Source: Aeropyrum pernix K1
Lineage (GTDB): Archaea > Thermoproteota > Thermoprotei_A > Sulfolobales > Acidilobaceae
Reading direction: 5' to 3'
Assembly: GCF_000011125.1 (NCBI RefSeq)
Contig: NC_000854.2
Span: 1,080,001 to 1,112,000, forward strand
Length of the DNA stretch: 32,000 nt
Positions 8,728 to 17,607 of the stretch are shown one piece after another; within the stretch, counting starts at the first letter, position 1, and every line of letters begins with the position of its first letter. Both the position numbers and the translations under genes were made by a program. The notes under the pieces were generated by a model. The model was not told the DNA's origin. It searched no databases and saw only the letters and a program-made list of their open reading frames with translations.

Positions 8728-9204
8728 TTGAAAGCCCTTACAGTTAACAAGACTATATTTATCCTTGTAATTGCAGCATCCCTACTTCTCGGAGCAGCAG
8801 TAGGCTATATAGCCCACAGCCTAACAGCTGGAGGCGGCGGTGTTGTCGTTACTGGGTCAAAAGCTGTATCCACGGGAACATCGATAGGTGTTTACCTAAC
8901 GATAAAGAATAATACCAACACAACCTCCTGCATCGTCGGAGCAGACATTGCTGAGAGCGTTAGCGGAAAGGTGGTTGTAGATATTCACAAGACGGTTGAG
9001 GAAGGCGGAAGAGTCGTTATGATGCCCGCCGGCCCGATATGCCTAGGGCCGGGTGAAACGTTGGAAATGAGGCAAGGCCCGGGAAGCTATCACGTCATGA
9101 TAATGGGTGACAGGAGCGCTATAGAAAAGATAACTGAGGATGGCGTTGTGGAGATCAAAGTTCTAGTGGAACAGCAGGTTGACGCACCTATAACCGGGCC
9201 CTAA
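8728..9204 (+). CDS. PCu(A)C-type periplasmic Cu(I) chaperone (DUF461 family)
   Basis: 158 aa with an N-terminal TM anchor. HKTVEEGGRVVMM...GSYHVM gives H-x10-M-x22/23-H-x-M, close to the PCuAC Cu(I) motif H(M)x10Mx21HxM. Confidence 0.65.
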   Translation: MKALTVNKTIFILVIAASLLLGAAVGYIAHSLTAGGGGVVVTGSKAVSTGTSIGVYLTIKNNTNTTSCIVGADIAESVSGKVVVDIHKTVEEGGRVVMMPAGPICLGPGETLEMRQGPGSYHVMIMGDRSAIEKITEDGVVEIKVLVEQQVDAPITGP

Positions 9205-9210
9205 CACTGG

Positions 9211-9828
9211 CTAGCCCGCAGTCTTAACCGCGAGGAGCAGGCCAGCAGGGGTGGGCAACACCACAGGTTTCCACGGCCTTTTGGAGACCATGTCGAAAAA
9301 CAAGGGTGGAGGAGGTGGTTGGAACGCGTTGTAGAAAGCTGCCACACCTCCGGCTGTAAGCAGGTTTTCAAGCCTCTCTAGAGCTTCGGGATAGTCACCC
9401 TTTTCAATATCAACGAATGCCATATCGAAGACCTCCCTACCCTTCTCTTCAAGCCTTGAGAAATAGTCAAGCGCATCACCCGACACCACCTCAAACTCTA
9501 TCCTGCCCCTAAACATAGCCTCAACCTCCCTTAGATTTCTCGACAGGATGCTTGCCAGTTCAACATCATACTCGATAGCCACTATCTTGCAAGTTATATC
9601 GGTGCATCTGTGATAGGCGCCATACGCTATCCAGATTGTAGAATAGCCGATGCCAGCCCCCGCGTCTACATAGGAACCTGTCCCGCCGCCTACGTAGAAG
9701 GCTGCAGAAGAGAGTATGAGCCCGTCCTCAGGGTCTATAGCCGGGATACCCAGTTCAACGCTTTCCCTTCTAATCCTCTCGGACAACATATTAAACCGCC
9801 TAGCTATATCGAGCATCCGAACGGCCAC
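9211..9828 (-). CDS. SAM-dependent O-methyltransferase (COG4122-like, class I)
   Basis: 205 aa. SAM motif I VDAGAGIGYSTIWIA and FVDIEKGDYPE resemble the FIDADK block of caffeoyl-CoA-type O-methyltransferases. GTG at 9828, ATG at 9816. Confidence 0.6.
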   Translation of the reverse strand: MAVRMLDIARRFNMLSERIRRESVELGIPAIDPEDGLILSSAAFYVGGGTGSYVDAGAGIGYSTIWIAYGAYHRCTDITCKIVAIEYDVELASILSRNLREVEAMFRGRIEFEVVSGDALDYFSRLEEKGREVFDMAFVDIEKGDYPEALERLENLLTAGGVAAFYNAFQPPPPPLFFDMVSKRPWKPVVLPTPAGLLLAVKTAG

Positions 9829-9983
9829 CCCACAAACACCTAGCCCAAGTCTCCACGGTCATAACGTGCTAGCCCAATGTATTATGGTATACTCAGACGG
9901 CTGCTTGGAGCATTGTAAGTCATACATGATTTAAATAATAAATGTATATATTCAAAACATGATGATATCTTAATTGTCCAGCC

Positions 9984-9992
9984 ATATTTAAA
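9984..9992 (+). promoter_or_regulatory. TATA-like box for the Rieske/cytochrome b unit
   Basis: The sequence atatttaaa lies about 40 nt upstream of TTG 10031, in an AT-rich 200-bp divergent spacer. Confidence 0.35.
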
Positions 9993-10030
9993 CCTTGCAC
10001 AGGCTGATTAGAGCGCCGGGGGGCTAGAGT

Positions 10031-10828
10031 TTGGCTATTAAACTGAGGAGAAGGGATTTTCTAAAGCTTGTGGGGGCTGCTGGTGTTGCAGTATCAATTA
10101 TTGGCGTCGTGCCACCTATAGTTAGGTACACTGTCCCACCTATACTCCGGGGGGAGATGCCTAGGAGCAAACTGGTGTGGGAGGACTGTAGCCCTGTCAA
10201 AGCATCAGAGCTTGAGGCCAACACACACTACCTCTTTTACTATCCTCTGGTGGATACAATAAATACCCTTCTCAAGCTTGAAACGCCCAGTGGAAAGCCC
10301 ATCAGGATACCGGAGATGAGGATTCCCAGCCAAATGAACCCAGCCATGGAGCCTCCGGCTTGGCTCGACGGCGATTTAAGTGAAAATGAGATAAAGAGGC
10401 TTGAAGAGATATCCACGGGGGGCGGTTTCTTCATATACCCCCCGGGCGTAGGGCCCGACGGGAATATAGTAGCCTACAACCTCATATGCCAGCATCTAGG
10501 CTGTCCCTACCCGGCACTCAGGTACTACCCGCCAGGGACACCCATAACAACTAACCCTCCAGAGGTGGGTGCCAACGGCGGCGTGCTACACTGCATGTGC
10601 CACGGATCAGCATACGACCCAGCCAGGGGCTCAATAGTGCTGACACCACCCACCGTCAAGCCGCTGCCCGCTATAAAGCTGGAGTGGGATCAGAATACCG
10701 ACGAGCTGTATGCCGTCGACGTGGTAGGGCCCACAATACTGGGCAAGGTCTGCAACACATGCGGAAAGCTCGTTGGCTCCACTGTTGTAGTGGGCGTAAA
10801 CAAGGAGCCCAAGAAAGTTCAGTGTTGA
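10031..10828 (+). CDS. Rieske [2Fe-2S] protein with a twin-arginine signal anchor
   Basis: 265 aa with a Tat motif (LRRRDFLKLVGAAGVAV) and Rieske boxes CQHLGCP and CMCHGSAYD. Confidence 0.85.
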   Translation: MAIKLRRRDFLKLVGAAGVAVSIIGVVPPIVRYTVPPILRGEMPRSKLVWEDCSPVKASELEANTHYLFYYPLVDTINTLLKLETPSGKPIRIPEMRIPSQMNPAMEPPAWLDGDLSENEIKRLEEISTGGGFFIYPPGVGPDGNIVAYNLICQHLGCPYPALRYYPPGTPITTNPPEVGANGGVLHCMCHGSAYDPARGSIVLTPPTVKPLPAIKLEWDQNTDELYAVDVVGPTILGKVCNTCGKLVGSTVVVGVNKEPKKVQC

Positions 10829-10849
10829 CGGTGTAGGGGGTGTGGAGAC

Positions 10850-12565
10850 GTGGCTGCTAGGATGTTTGTGAGGAAGGCTTGGGAGTGGATTTACGAGAGG
10901 GGCGGTCTAGGCCACCTGCCTTTCTATAGAGTCCCATATAGCTATTTCACGCTCGACATATGGCTGGGAGCTATAGTAGCCTCCAGCTTCTTCTGGCTCG
11001 CCCTGACCGGTCTATTGCTACTGTTTTACTATAGGCCTACAGACCCTCTCGAGTCGAGCAAGGCTATAATATTCGAGAGGCCCTTCGGCGCACTCCTGCT
11101 CACCAGCCACCTCTACGCAGCCCACTTCATGCTCATAGGCGTTTTCGCACACGCTTTCAGGAACCTATTCAAGGGCGTCTACAAAAGGCCTAGGGAGCTG
11201 GTGTGGATAGTTGGAGTGGCCACAGGATTCCTAGCCCTTCAGACAGCATTCTTCGGCTACAGCCTCGTTGGAGACAGGATTGCGAAGGAGGCCATAAACA
11301 TAGGGTCGGCTCTGAACCTCAGGAGCCTTGGAGAGGAGCTGGGGCTATATGTCGTTGCAATACTTTTCGGCCTAGACCCCACCGAGAGGTACTTCAGAAT
11401 CACCGCACTACACGTGCTACTCGCAGCCACGGTATTCCTACTCTTCCTACTCCACTTCGGCCTCTTCGAGGTTCACGGGCCAGCGCCTAAGGAGGAGGAG
11501 ACTGGGTGGAAGGCGGAGCCGGCGAGGATACCCCAGGATAGGAGTGACCTTGCCCCATGGTTCCCGGTAAACCTGGTGTTCATACTGGCTGTCACCCTGA
11601 TGACATGGGGGTTCATAGTCTTCACGGCTGGCATGGCGCAGAGGTTTGCAGACCTCCTGCCACCCCTGTTTAAGCCATACCCTGTTGAGGCGGAGGACTT
11701 CACGCCAATGCCCCCGTGGTTCTTCCTCTACACCTACAGGATATTCCAGATGACCTTCCTAACGCTCAGCCTGGAAAGCACTCCCCAGCTGCTCCAGTTC
11801 ATAATAGCGCTGGTACTCCCGCCGTTGATACTAATGATTATACCCTTTGTGGACAGGAAGGTTTCCACTAACCCCGTCGACAGGCCCTGGATAACCGGGC
11901 TTGGCATAATTCTGCTCACCGGCTACATGCAGCTCACAGTATGGTCCATGATAGAGCCCGGTATACCTATAAGACTAGTGCAGCTGCTCACTGTAGCGAG
12001 CCCCCCGCTAGCAGCGACAATAGTAGGCTTATACCTGCTCAGAAAGGTTAGAAGAGGTGAAGCAATAACGCCTGGAGACTTTCTCTCCTCCTCAGGCCTG
12101 CTAGTAGCGGGTACAGCCCTCCCACCACTCCTGGGCATGGCCCTTGGCGTGCCGGAGCTACACCAGGAGGTTGCCGTGGGCTTCATGGGCCTGGCGTTCG
12201 CCACCGTCATACTAGGCTGGATAGCGGCGAAGCTCAGGGTGGAGCCTGAATCCGAGCTGGAGCCAGTGCAAGACCCAGATTCCTCGATACCATGGTACCT
12301 GCTGCTAGTAGCTCTGGGCGAAGTCGGTATAGCTTCGTTCTCCCTAATAGCCCTGGCAGCTATAGCCTTCATAGACCCTGTAGGTTATGCAATGCAGGCA
12401 ACTGTCCTGACAGGGCTTCTCCTGCTGTCGGGAGGAGCGCTGGCCCACGCGCTCTTCAGGGCACTGGCAGCAGAATGGATACCCCGCGGAAATGTTGTTG
12501 ACGAGCTGAAAGTCCACTTCCTACCCTACCTAGCTCTAGCTCTAGCTGTAATCTTCGTTCTTTGA
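10850..12565 (+). CDS. Cytochrome b of a bc-type quinol-oxidising complex (long form, about 12-13 hydrophobic segments)
   Basis: 571 aa. There are two His pairs 14 residues apart, in helix B (HLYAAHFMLIGVFAH) and helix D (HVLLAATVFLLFLLH), and a Qo-loop motif PPWFF. The gene starts 22 nt after the Rieske gene. Confidence 0.85.
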   Translation: MAARMFVRKAWEWIYERGGLGHLPFYRVPYSYFTLDIWLGAIVASSFFWLALTGLLLLFYYRPTDPLESSKAIIFERPFGALLLTSHLYAAHFMLIGVFAHAFRNLFKGVYKRPRELVWIVGVATGFLALQTAFFGYSLVGDRIAKEAINIGSALNLRSLGEELGLYVVAILFGLDPTERYFRITALHVLLAATVFLLFLLHFGLFEVHGPAPKEEETGWKAEPARIPQDRSDLAPWFPVNLVFILAVTLMTWGFIVFTAGMAQRFADLLPPLFKPYPVEAEDFTPMPPWFFLYTYRIFQMTFLTLSLESTPQLLQFIIALVLPPLILMIIPFVDRKVSTNPVDRPWITGLGIILLTGYMQLTVWSMIEPGIPIRLVQLLTVASPPLAATIVGLYLLRKVRRGEAITPGDFLSSSGLLVAGTALPPLLGMALGVPELHQEVAVGFMGLAFATVILGWIAAKLRVEPESELEPVQDPDSSIPWYLLLVALGEVGIASFSLIALAAIAFIDPVGYAMQATVLTGLLLLSGGALAHALFRALAAEWIPRGNVVDELKVHFLPYLALALAVIFVL

Positions 12566-12583
12566 CGCGGGGAGCTCCAAGCG

Positions 12584-12596
12584 TTTTCCCCTTTTT
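12584..12596 (+). terminator. Double oligo-T tract after cytochrome b
   Basis: The sequence ttttccccttttt lies about 20 nt after the stop. Confidence 0.4.
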
Positions 12597-12674
12597 GACA
12601 CGTTCACAATCGTATAGCCAGGCCACGGTGTCGGGGCCATCTTTTTCTCCCCTAACAATCTAATAGCCTTCCAC

Positions 12675-13130
12675 ATGGGTTGTGAGATGGTTGAGGCGAG
12701 ACTGCTAGACGCGCTATACCTTGCTGCCCTGGCCGTGGGATGGCTTGCCAGCATAGGGGGGTTCATAGAGTTCAGGAGAAGCCTACTGGGCGGCGGCTTT
12801 GTATGTAAGGCGGATGCGAAAGGCTGGATAAACTGCAGGTCTGCCTACGTCATACCGCAGGCCTTTATAGCTGGCCGCATCCATCTTTCGGAACTAGCTC
12901 CTATATATTTCACCGCTACTCTCGCTACGGCAGTCCTTGGCGTGCTCCTGGATATCGACCTACTGGCTAAGCTTTCCTACCTGCTCGCGGCGGGAGGGGC
13001 AGCTTCTGTACCGTACCTCGTCTACCTTGAGGTGAGGGTTGCCAAGGCCATTTGCCTGTGGTGTACTATAATGCACCTCTCCATAATACTAGCCGTAGCA
13101 TCGGCTACCGCAAAGATCCTGGGAGGTTAA
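12675..13130 (+). CDS. VKOR (vitamin K epoxide reductase) family quinone-dependent disulfide-generating membrane protein
   Basis: 151 aa with four hydrophobic segments, a loop Cys pair (CKADAKGWINC) and a CxxC at the start of the last helix (CLWC). Confidence 0.7.
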   Translation: MGCEMVEARLLDALYLAALAVGWLASIGGFIEFRRSLLGGGFVCKADAKGWINCRSAYVIPQAFIAGRIHLSELAPIYFTATLATAVLGVLLDIDLLAKLSYLLAAGGAASVPYLVYLEVRVAKAICLWCTIMHLSIILAVASATAKILGG

Positions 13131-13151
13131 GAGCCCTGGAGGAGAATGCTG

Positions 13152-13159
13152 TTATATAT
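13152..13159 (+). promoter_or_regulatory. TATA-like box for the ABC transporter operon (near-leaderless geometry)
   Basis: The sequence ttatatat is centred about 22-26 nt upstream of ATG 13177. Confidence 0.35.
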
Positions 13160-13176
13160 CGGAGGTAGCTCCTATC

Positions 13177-14730
13177 ATGGCCTCCCAAAGTAGGACTACC
13201 TACATCATACTAGCCGGCGTCCTACTTGTCGCTATAATACTCGGTGCAGCCTTGTTCCTCCGCCCCGGCGGTGGAGCCGGGGAAACCACAACACCTGTAA
13301 CACCAGGGGAGACCGGTGCCGAAACCACAAAAACAACGACGAGCCCATCAACGGCTACAGAGGAAGAAACTGTAGTGGAGACCGAAACGAAGACGGAAAC
13401 CAAGACCGAGATGGAGCCTGTAGTCCTGAGGGTTCTAACCCGCCATCCAGGAGAGATACAGCTGGCTGCTAAGGAGGAGTTTCTAAAGAGCGACCTGGCT
13501 AAGAGGTATAATATTGTAGACATCAAGTTCTACTCAGTGCCGCCCGTAAGCTGGATAAGCGCTATAGAGAGTAGGGGTGATATCGATGTTGCATGGGGCG
13601 GAGGACCTACCCTCTTCGACCAGCTGTATCAGGCTGGCTACCTGGCTCCCCTTACTAGCGACACCGCCCTTGAGGCTGCAGCCCAGATCCCCGACCTCTT
13701 CGCCGGCGCTCCCATGAAGCGTACTGACTCTGAGGGGAGGATATACTGGGTGGCGGCGAGCGTCGCCAGCTTCGGCTTCACTGTAAACCATGACGTGCTT
13801 AACCAGTACAACCTCCCCGTGCCGAAGAGGTGGGCTGACCTCGCCTCACCGGTGTATGCCGAGCCCCTGGTTCTTGAGGGCAGGGAGGTTATTGCTATAG
13901 CTGACCCGACTAGGTCAACCAGCAATACGAGGATGTACGAGATAATACTCCAGGCCTACGGCTGGGAGGAGGGCTGGAGAGTTCTTACGGGTATGGCGGC
14001 TAACGCCCTGGTCGAGGGAGGCAGCGCGGAGGTTAGGGACGACGTTATACAGGGTAGGGTGGCTATAGGTATAACGATTGACTTCTACGGCTACACCGCC
14101 ATGAAAGCCAACCCGGCGACGGAGTACATCATACCCGAGGGGGAGACCATCATAAACGGCGATCCCATAGCACTCCTAACAACCTCCAAACACCCAGAGG
14201 CGGCTCAGGCATTCATAGCCTGGGTGTTGACCGAGGGCCAGAAGATCTGGTTCAGGGAAGACATTAACAGGCTGCCCTCGAACCCTAAGGCGTTCGAGCT
14301 GCCTGAGGGTAGGGAGAGGCAGGACCTCAAGGCTGTGTACGACAAGCTCTCCACGGCGAAGTCCATGGAGTTTAGCGATGAGGAGGCCCTTAAGATAGAG
14401 TCGGCCATGCAGCTCTACTTCAAGGCGACCCTGGTAGACCTCAACGGTATACTCAAGGAGGTGTGGACAACCATGGTGCAGCTTCTCATGGAGGGCAGGA
14501 TTGACGAGCAGACGTTCAACGATTATATGTCCATGCTGGGGGCGCCTCTGAAGTACGTCGACCCAGCCACGGGTGAGGAGAAGGTGTTCACAGAAGAAGA
14601 CGCTGCAAGGGTTACAAGCGTTCTCAGGGAGAACCCGAGGCTTAAGGACGCCTACATCTCGGCGTGGAGGGAGGCAGCCATAGCCAAGTACGAGTCCCTA
14701 CTCGACGAACTCTTATCGCTAGGGGGCTGA
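13177..14730 (+). CDS. ABC transporter substrate-binding protein (family 1; Fe3+/thiamine/polyamine-like), membrane-anchored with a Thr-rich linker
   Basis: 517 aa: an N-terminal TM, a TTTPVTPGETGAETTKTTTSPSTATEEETVVETETKTETKTE linker, then a large solute-binding body (DVAWGGGPTLFDQL). It sits first in an SBP-permease-ATPase operon. Confidence 0.65.
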   Translation: MASQSRTTYIILAGVLLVAIILGAALFLRPGGGAGETTTPVTPGETGAETTKTTTSPSTATEEETVVETETKTETKTEMEPVVLRVLTRHPGEIQLAAKEEFLKSDLAKRYNIVDIKFYSVPPVSWISAIESRGDIDVAWGGGPTLFDQLYQAGYLAPLTSDTALEAAAQIPDLFAGAPMKRTDSEGRIYWVAASVASFGFTVNHDVLNQYNLPVPKRWADLASPVYAEPLVLEGREVIAIADPTRSTSNTRMYEIILQAYGWEEGWRVLTGMAANALVEGGSAEVRDDVIQGRVAIGITIDFYGYTAMKANPATEYIIPEGETIINGDPIALLTTSKHPEAAQAFIAWVLTEGQKIWFREDINRLPSNPKAFELPEGRERQDLKAVYDKLSTAKSMEFSDEEALKIESAMQLYFKATLVDLNGILKEVWTTMVQLLMEGRIDEQTFNDYMSMLGAPLKYVDPATGEEKVFTEEDAARVTSVLRENPRLKDAYISAWREAAIAKYESLLDELLSLGG

Positions 14731-14739
14731 ACCAGGGCC

Positions 14740-16524
14740 TTGTCCAGGCGGCTCGACCTAAGCGCCCTCCTCTTCACGGTATTCCCGCTGGCCTTTTTCG
14801 GCCTCCTGCTAATAGCACCTCTAGCCCTGCTCCTCTACAAGCCGCTAGTCACTCTAGTGTCTATAGACTACCCTTTGGGGGGCCTTCTAGACTATCCCTT
14901 CGTTAGCAAAAGGCCCCTGGGCTCCCACTTCAAATACATAGACCTCCCCAGCGGCCCGGACAAGCTAATAATATCTCTTAAAGACTATGGGGTTATAGTC
15001 AACACGGTTATCGTGGCAACCCTCGTGACCCTCTTCTCCACCGTCATAGGGACAGCCGCGGCACTCCTAACGTCATCATACTACTTCCCAGGGAGGGATG
15101 TAGTCAGGATAGTTATGATGCTTCCACTCCTCTACACACCCTTCGTCAACGCCTTCGTGGTCTACAACCTCTTCGGCAAAGACAACGGGGTGCTGGCCAC
15201 TATAACCGGGTCGCTATTCGGCGTATCAGTATACTTCCAGGGCCTCGCCGGTGTAATACTTACACAGACACTCATGTTCTGGCCCATAGTCTATGTGAAC
15301 GCCTTCGCCAGCATGGTGCAAATAGACCCTAGCCTCAAGGAGCAGGCGGAGAATCTGGGTGCCCGCGGGCTAAGGCTCCACAGAACCGTGACCCTACCCC
15401 TCTCAATGCCCGGTATAACGGCGGGGGCTGCACTTGTTTTCATATTCAGCATGGAGGACCTCGCCGCACCCATCGCCTTCAGAGTAGACAACGTCATCTC
15501 GAGGTGGATAGTCAACGAGATACTAGCCTCGCCTAGCGTCGAGGAGATCTCGGTGGACACCCTGATACTAGCCCTGATACTGGTCAGCACAGCAAGCCTC
15601 TGGTTTGTAACGGTGAAGAAGTATCTTAGCCTGCGCCAGTACGCCATGCTACAGAAGGGCGGTGTTAGGGAGCGCAGGCTTGAGGAGCCGGGGCCTGTGG
15701 CTAAGGCCCTCATCTACCTTATTCTGATACCCTGGATAGTGGTGAGTATTTCTCCACAGCTTGGTGTTCTGGTTTATGCTTTCAGCGAGAGCTGGATCGG
15801 CACTACACCCCAAGGCTTCACCCTAGATCATATGAGGGAGGTCCTGAGCGACAGCCGCGTGGTTAACGCTTTCAGGAACAGCGTAACCTACGCCCTACTA
15901 GCCTCCCTCATCTCTATAGTAATAGCTGTCACAACCTCGTACTCCGTTGAGAGGCTTAGGACAAGGCTCTCCGAACCCCTCGACGTGCTGGCCACGATAC
16001 CCATAGCCTTGCCCGGCCTGGCCCTGGCCCTGGGCATCTTGATAATGTTCTCCACTAGCTTCACTAGGGGCACACTGCTCGACCCCTACGAGTTCCCGGC
16101 GCTATTCCTGGTTCTAGCCTACTCCGTGAGGAAGAGCCCCTTCGCCACAAGGGCAGCCTTCGCCGGGCTTAAGCACCTCCACAAGAGTCTGGAGGAGGCT
16201 GCCATGAACCTGGGGGCCCGGAGGCTTAGGGTTATACGCGACATTACGGTGCCACTCATAGGTATCAACCTCCTTGGTGGCGTGCTGCTGACGTTCGTCT
16301 ACAGCGTTACCGAGGTCAGTACTAGCATAACGATAGGCGGGCTAAACGAGGACTACTCGCCTATAACATACATTATCTACGACTATGTAACCGGGGGTTA
16401 TGGGGGAGGAGCCTTCGTGCACCTAGCAGCCTCCATAGTCGTCATACTAATGGCTATACAGGTGGCAGCGATAACATTTGTGAACGTAGCGTTGAAGCAG
16501 AGGTACGCCTTCATAGGGGTGTGA
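14740..16524 (+). CDS. ABC transporter permease, duplicated (two fused TMDs) as in Fe3+/thiamine-type importers
   Basis: 594 aa, polytopic, with two EAA-like loops (LKEQAENLGARGLRLHRTVTLP and LEEAAMNLGARRLRVIRDITVP). Confidence 0.8.
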   Translation: MSRRLDLSALLFTVFPLAFFGLLLIAPLALLLYKPLVTLVSIDYPLGGLLDYPFVSKRPLGSHFKYIDLPSGPDKLIISLKDYGVIVNTVIVATLVTLFSTVIGTAAALLTSSYYFPGRDVVRIVMMLPLLYTPFVNAFVVYNLFGKDNGVLATITGSLFGVSVYFQGLAGVILTQTLMFWPIVYVNAFASMVQIDPSLKEQAENLGARGLRLHRTVTLPLSMPGITAGAALVFIFSMEDLAAPIAFRVDNVISRWIVNEILASPSVEEISVDTLILALILVSTASLWFVTVKKYLSLRQYAMLQKGGVRERRLEEPGPVAKALIYLILIPWIVVSISPQLGVLVYAFSESWIGTTPQGFTLDHMREVLSDSRVVNAFRNSVTYALLASLISIVIAVTTSYSVERLRTRLSEPLDVLATIPIALPGLALALGILIMFSTSFTRGTLLDPYEFPALFLVLAYSVRKSPFATRAAFAGLKHLHKSLEEAAMNLGARRLRVIRDITVPLIGINLLGGVLLTFVYSVTEVSTSITIGGLNEDYSPITYIIYDYVTGGYGGGAFVHLAASIVVILMAIQVAAITFVNVALKQRYAFIGV

Positions 16525-16530
16525 AGAACC

Positions 16531-17607
16531 GTGGCCGGGATACGGCTCGAGAGCGTTACGAAAAGGTTCGGTAACACTGTTGCCCTTGATAGAGTGAGCC
16601 TGAATATAAGCGACGGGGAGATCTTCACCCTCCTAGGCCCCAGCGGCTGCGGAAAGACGACTACCCTAAGGGTTATAGCGGGCTTCGAGACGCCCGACGA
16701 GGGGAGGGTCTACATAGGGTCCAGGGATGTTACGATGCTGAAGCCTTATGAGAGGAACACAGCCATGGTTTTCCAAAACTACGCTCTCTGGCCCCATATG
16801 AGGGTGTTCGACAATATAGCGTACGGCCTCAAGCTCAGGAAGCTCCCTAGGAGTGAGATTGTTAGGCGTGTTAGGTGGGCTGCGGAGCTCTTGGAGATTG
16901 ACCATCTTTTGGATCGTTACCCCCACCAGCTGAGCGGGGGGCAGCAGCAGAGGGTTGCAGTGGCCAGGGCCATAGTGACGGAGCCCGAGGTCCTCCTCAT
17001 GGACGAACCCCTAAGCAACCTAGACGCCCACCTGAGGCTGAAAATGCGTGAAGAAATAGTTAGGCTTCAGAAGAGGCTCGGGGTCACCATAGTATACGTA
17101 ACCCACGACCAGGAGGAGGCCCTTAGCATAAGCCACAGAGTCGCAGTTATGAATAGGGGGAGGGTTGAGCAGGTCGGCACTCCCATGGAGGTGTACGAGA
17201 AACCGGCTACATACTTCGTTGCGACATTCATAGGCAGGTCCACCGTGCTGGATGGCAGGGTGTCTGAGGTCCTCGGCAGCGGAATGGTCAGGGTTGCCTT
17301 GGAGGGGGGATTGTCAATAGTGGGTACAGACATGGAGGGGGGTCTCAGGCAGGGTGAGAGGGTGAAGGTCGTGATAAGGCCTGAGAGGGTGAAGGTCGGC
17401 CACGAGTACAACGGGGAGAACGTGTTCGAGGGCAAAGTCTCCCTAGCCATGTTTCTCGGCTGGAGGACACAGCTCAAGGTAGAGGTTGGCGGGCAAGAGA
17501 TCACAATCTACTCAGACCCGCGTAGAGCACCCCTCCCCGGCCAGCCGGTGAGGTTCTACATAGACCCCGAAGAGGCCAAGGTCTACAGGCAGGCTGGCAG
17601 CGCCTAG
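16531..17607 (+). CDS. ABC transporter ATP-binding protein with a C-terminal TOBE-like domain
   Basis: Walker [10 protein letters not shown], signature [14 protein letters not shown] and Walker B LLMDEPLS, in 358 aa. Confidence 0.9.
   Translation: MAGIRLESVTKRFGNTVALDRVSLNISDGEIFTLLGPSGCGKTTTLRVIAGFETPDEGRVYIGSRDVTMLKPYERNTAMVFQNYALWPHMRVFDNIAYGLKLRKLPRSEIVRRVRWAAELLEIDHLLDRYPHQLSGGQQQRVAVARAIVTEPEVLLMDEPLSNLDAHLRLKMREEIVRLQKRLGVTIVYVTHDQEEALSISHRVAVMNRGRVEQVGTPMEVYEKPATYFVATFIGRSTVLDGRVSEVLGSGMVRVALEGGLSIVGTDMEGGLRQGERVKVVIRPERVKVGHEYNGENVFEGKVSLAMFLGWRTQLKVEVGGQEITIYSDPRRAPLPGQPVRFYIDPEEAKVYRQAGSA

Noticed and set aside
9959-10007. C/D-box-like arrangement: AUGAUGA at 9959-9965 and CUGA at 10004-10007, 49 nt overall
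   Set aside because: The positions expected for D' and C' read CCAG and UAUUUAA, which is not box-like. The AT-rich centre coincides with the probable TATA box of the Rieske gene, and there is no terminal stem. It is most likely chance.
11923-12372. 149-aa minus-strand ORF (with similar ones at 15291..15713 and 17067..17504) inside the cytochrome b, permease and ATPase genes
   Set aside because: These are antisense shadow ORFs within confidently assigned genes, with no motifs.
13363-13413. Repetitive gag-acc-gaa-acg-aag-acg-gaa-acc-aag-acc-gag stretch
   Set aside because: It is codon-level low complexity that encodes the ETETKTETKTE stalk of the solute-binding protein. It is not a DNA tandem repeat or CRISPR-like element.
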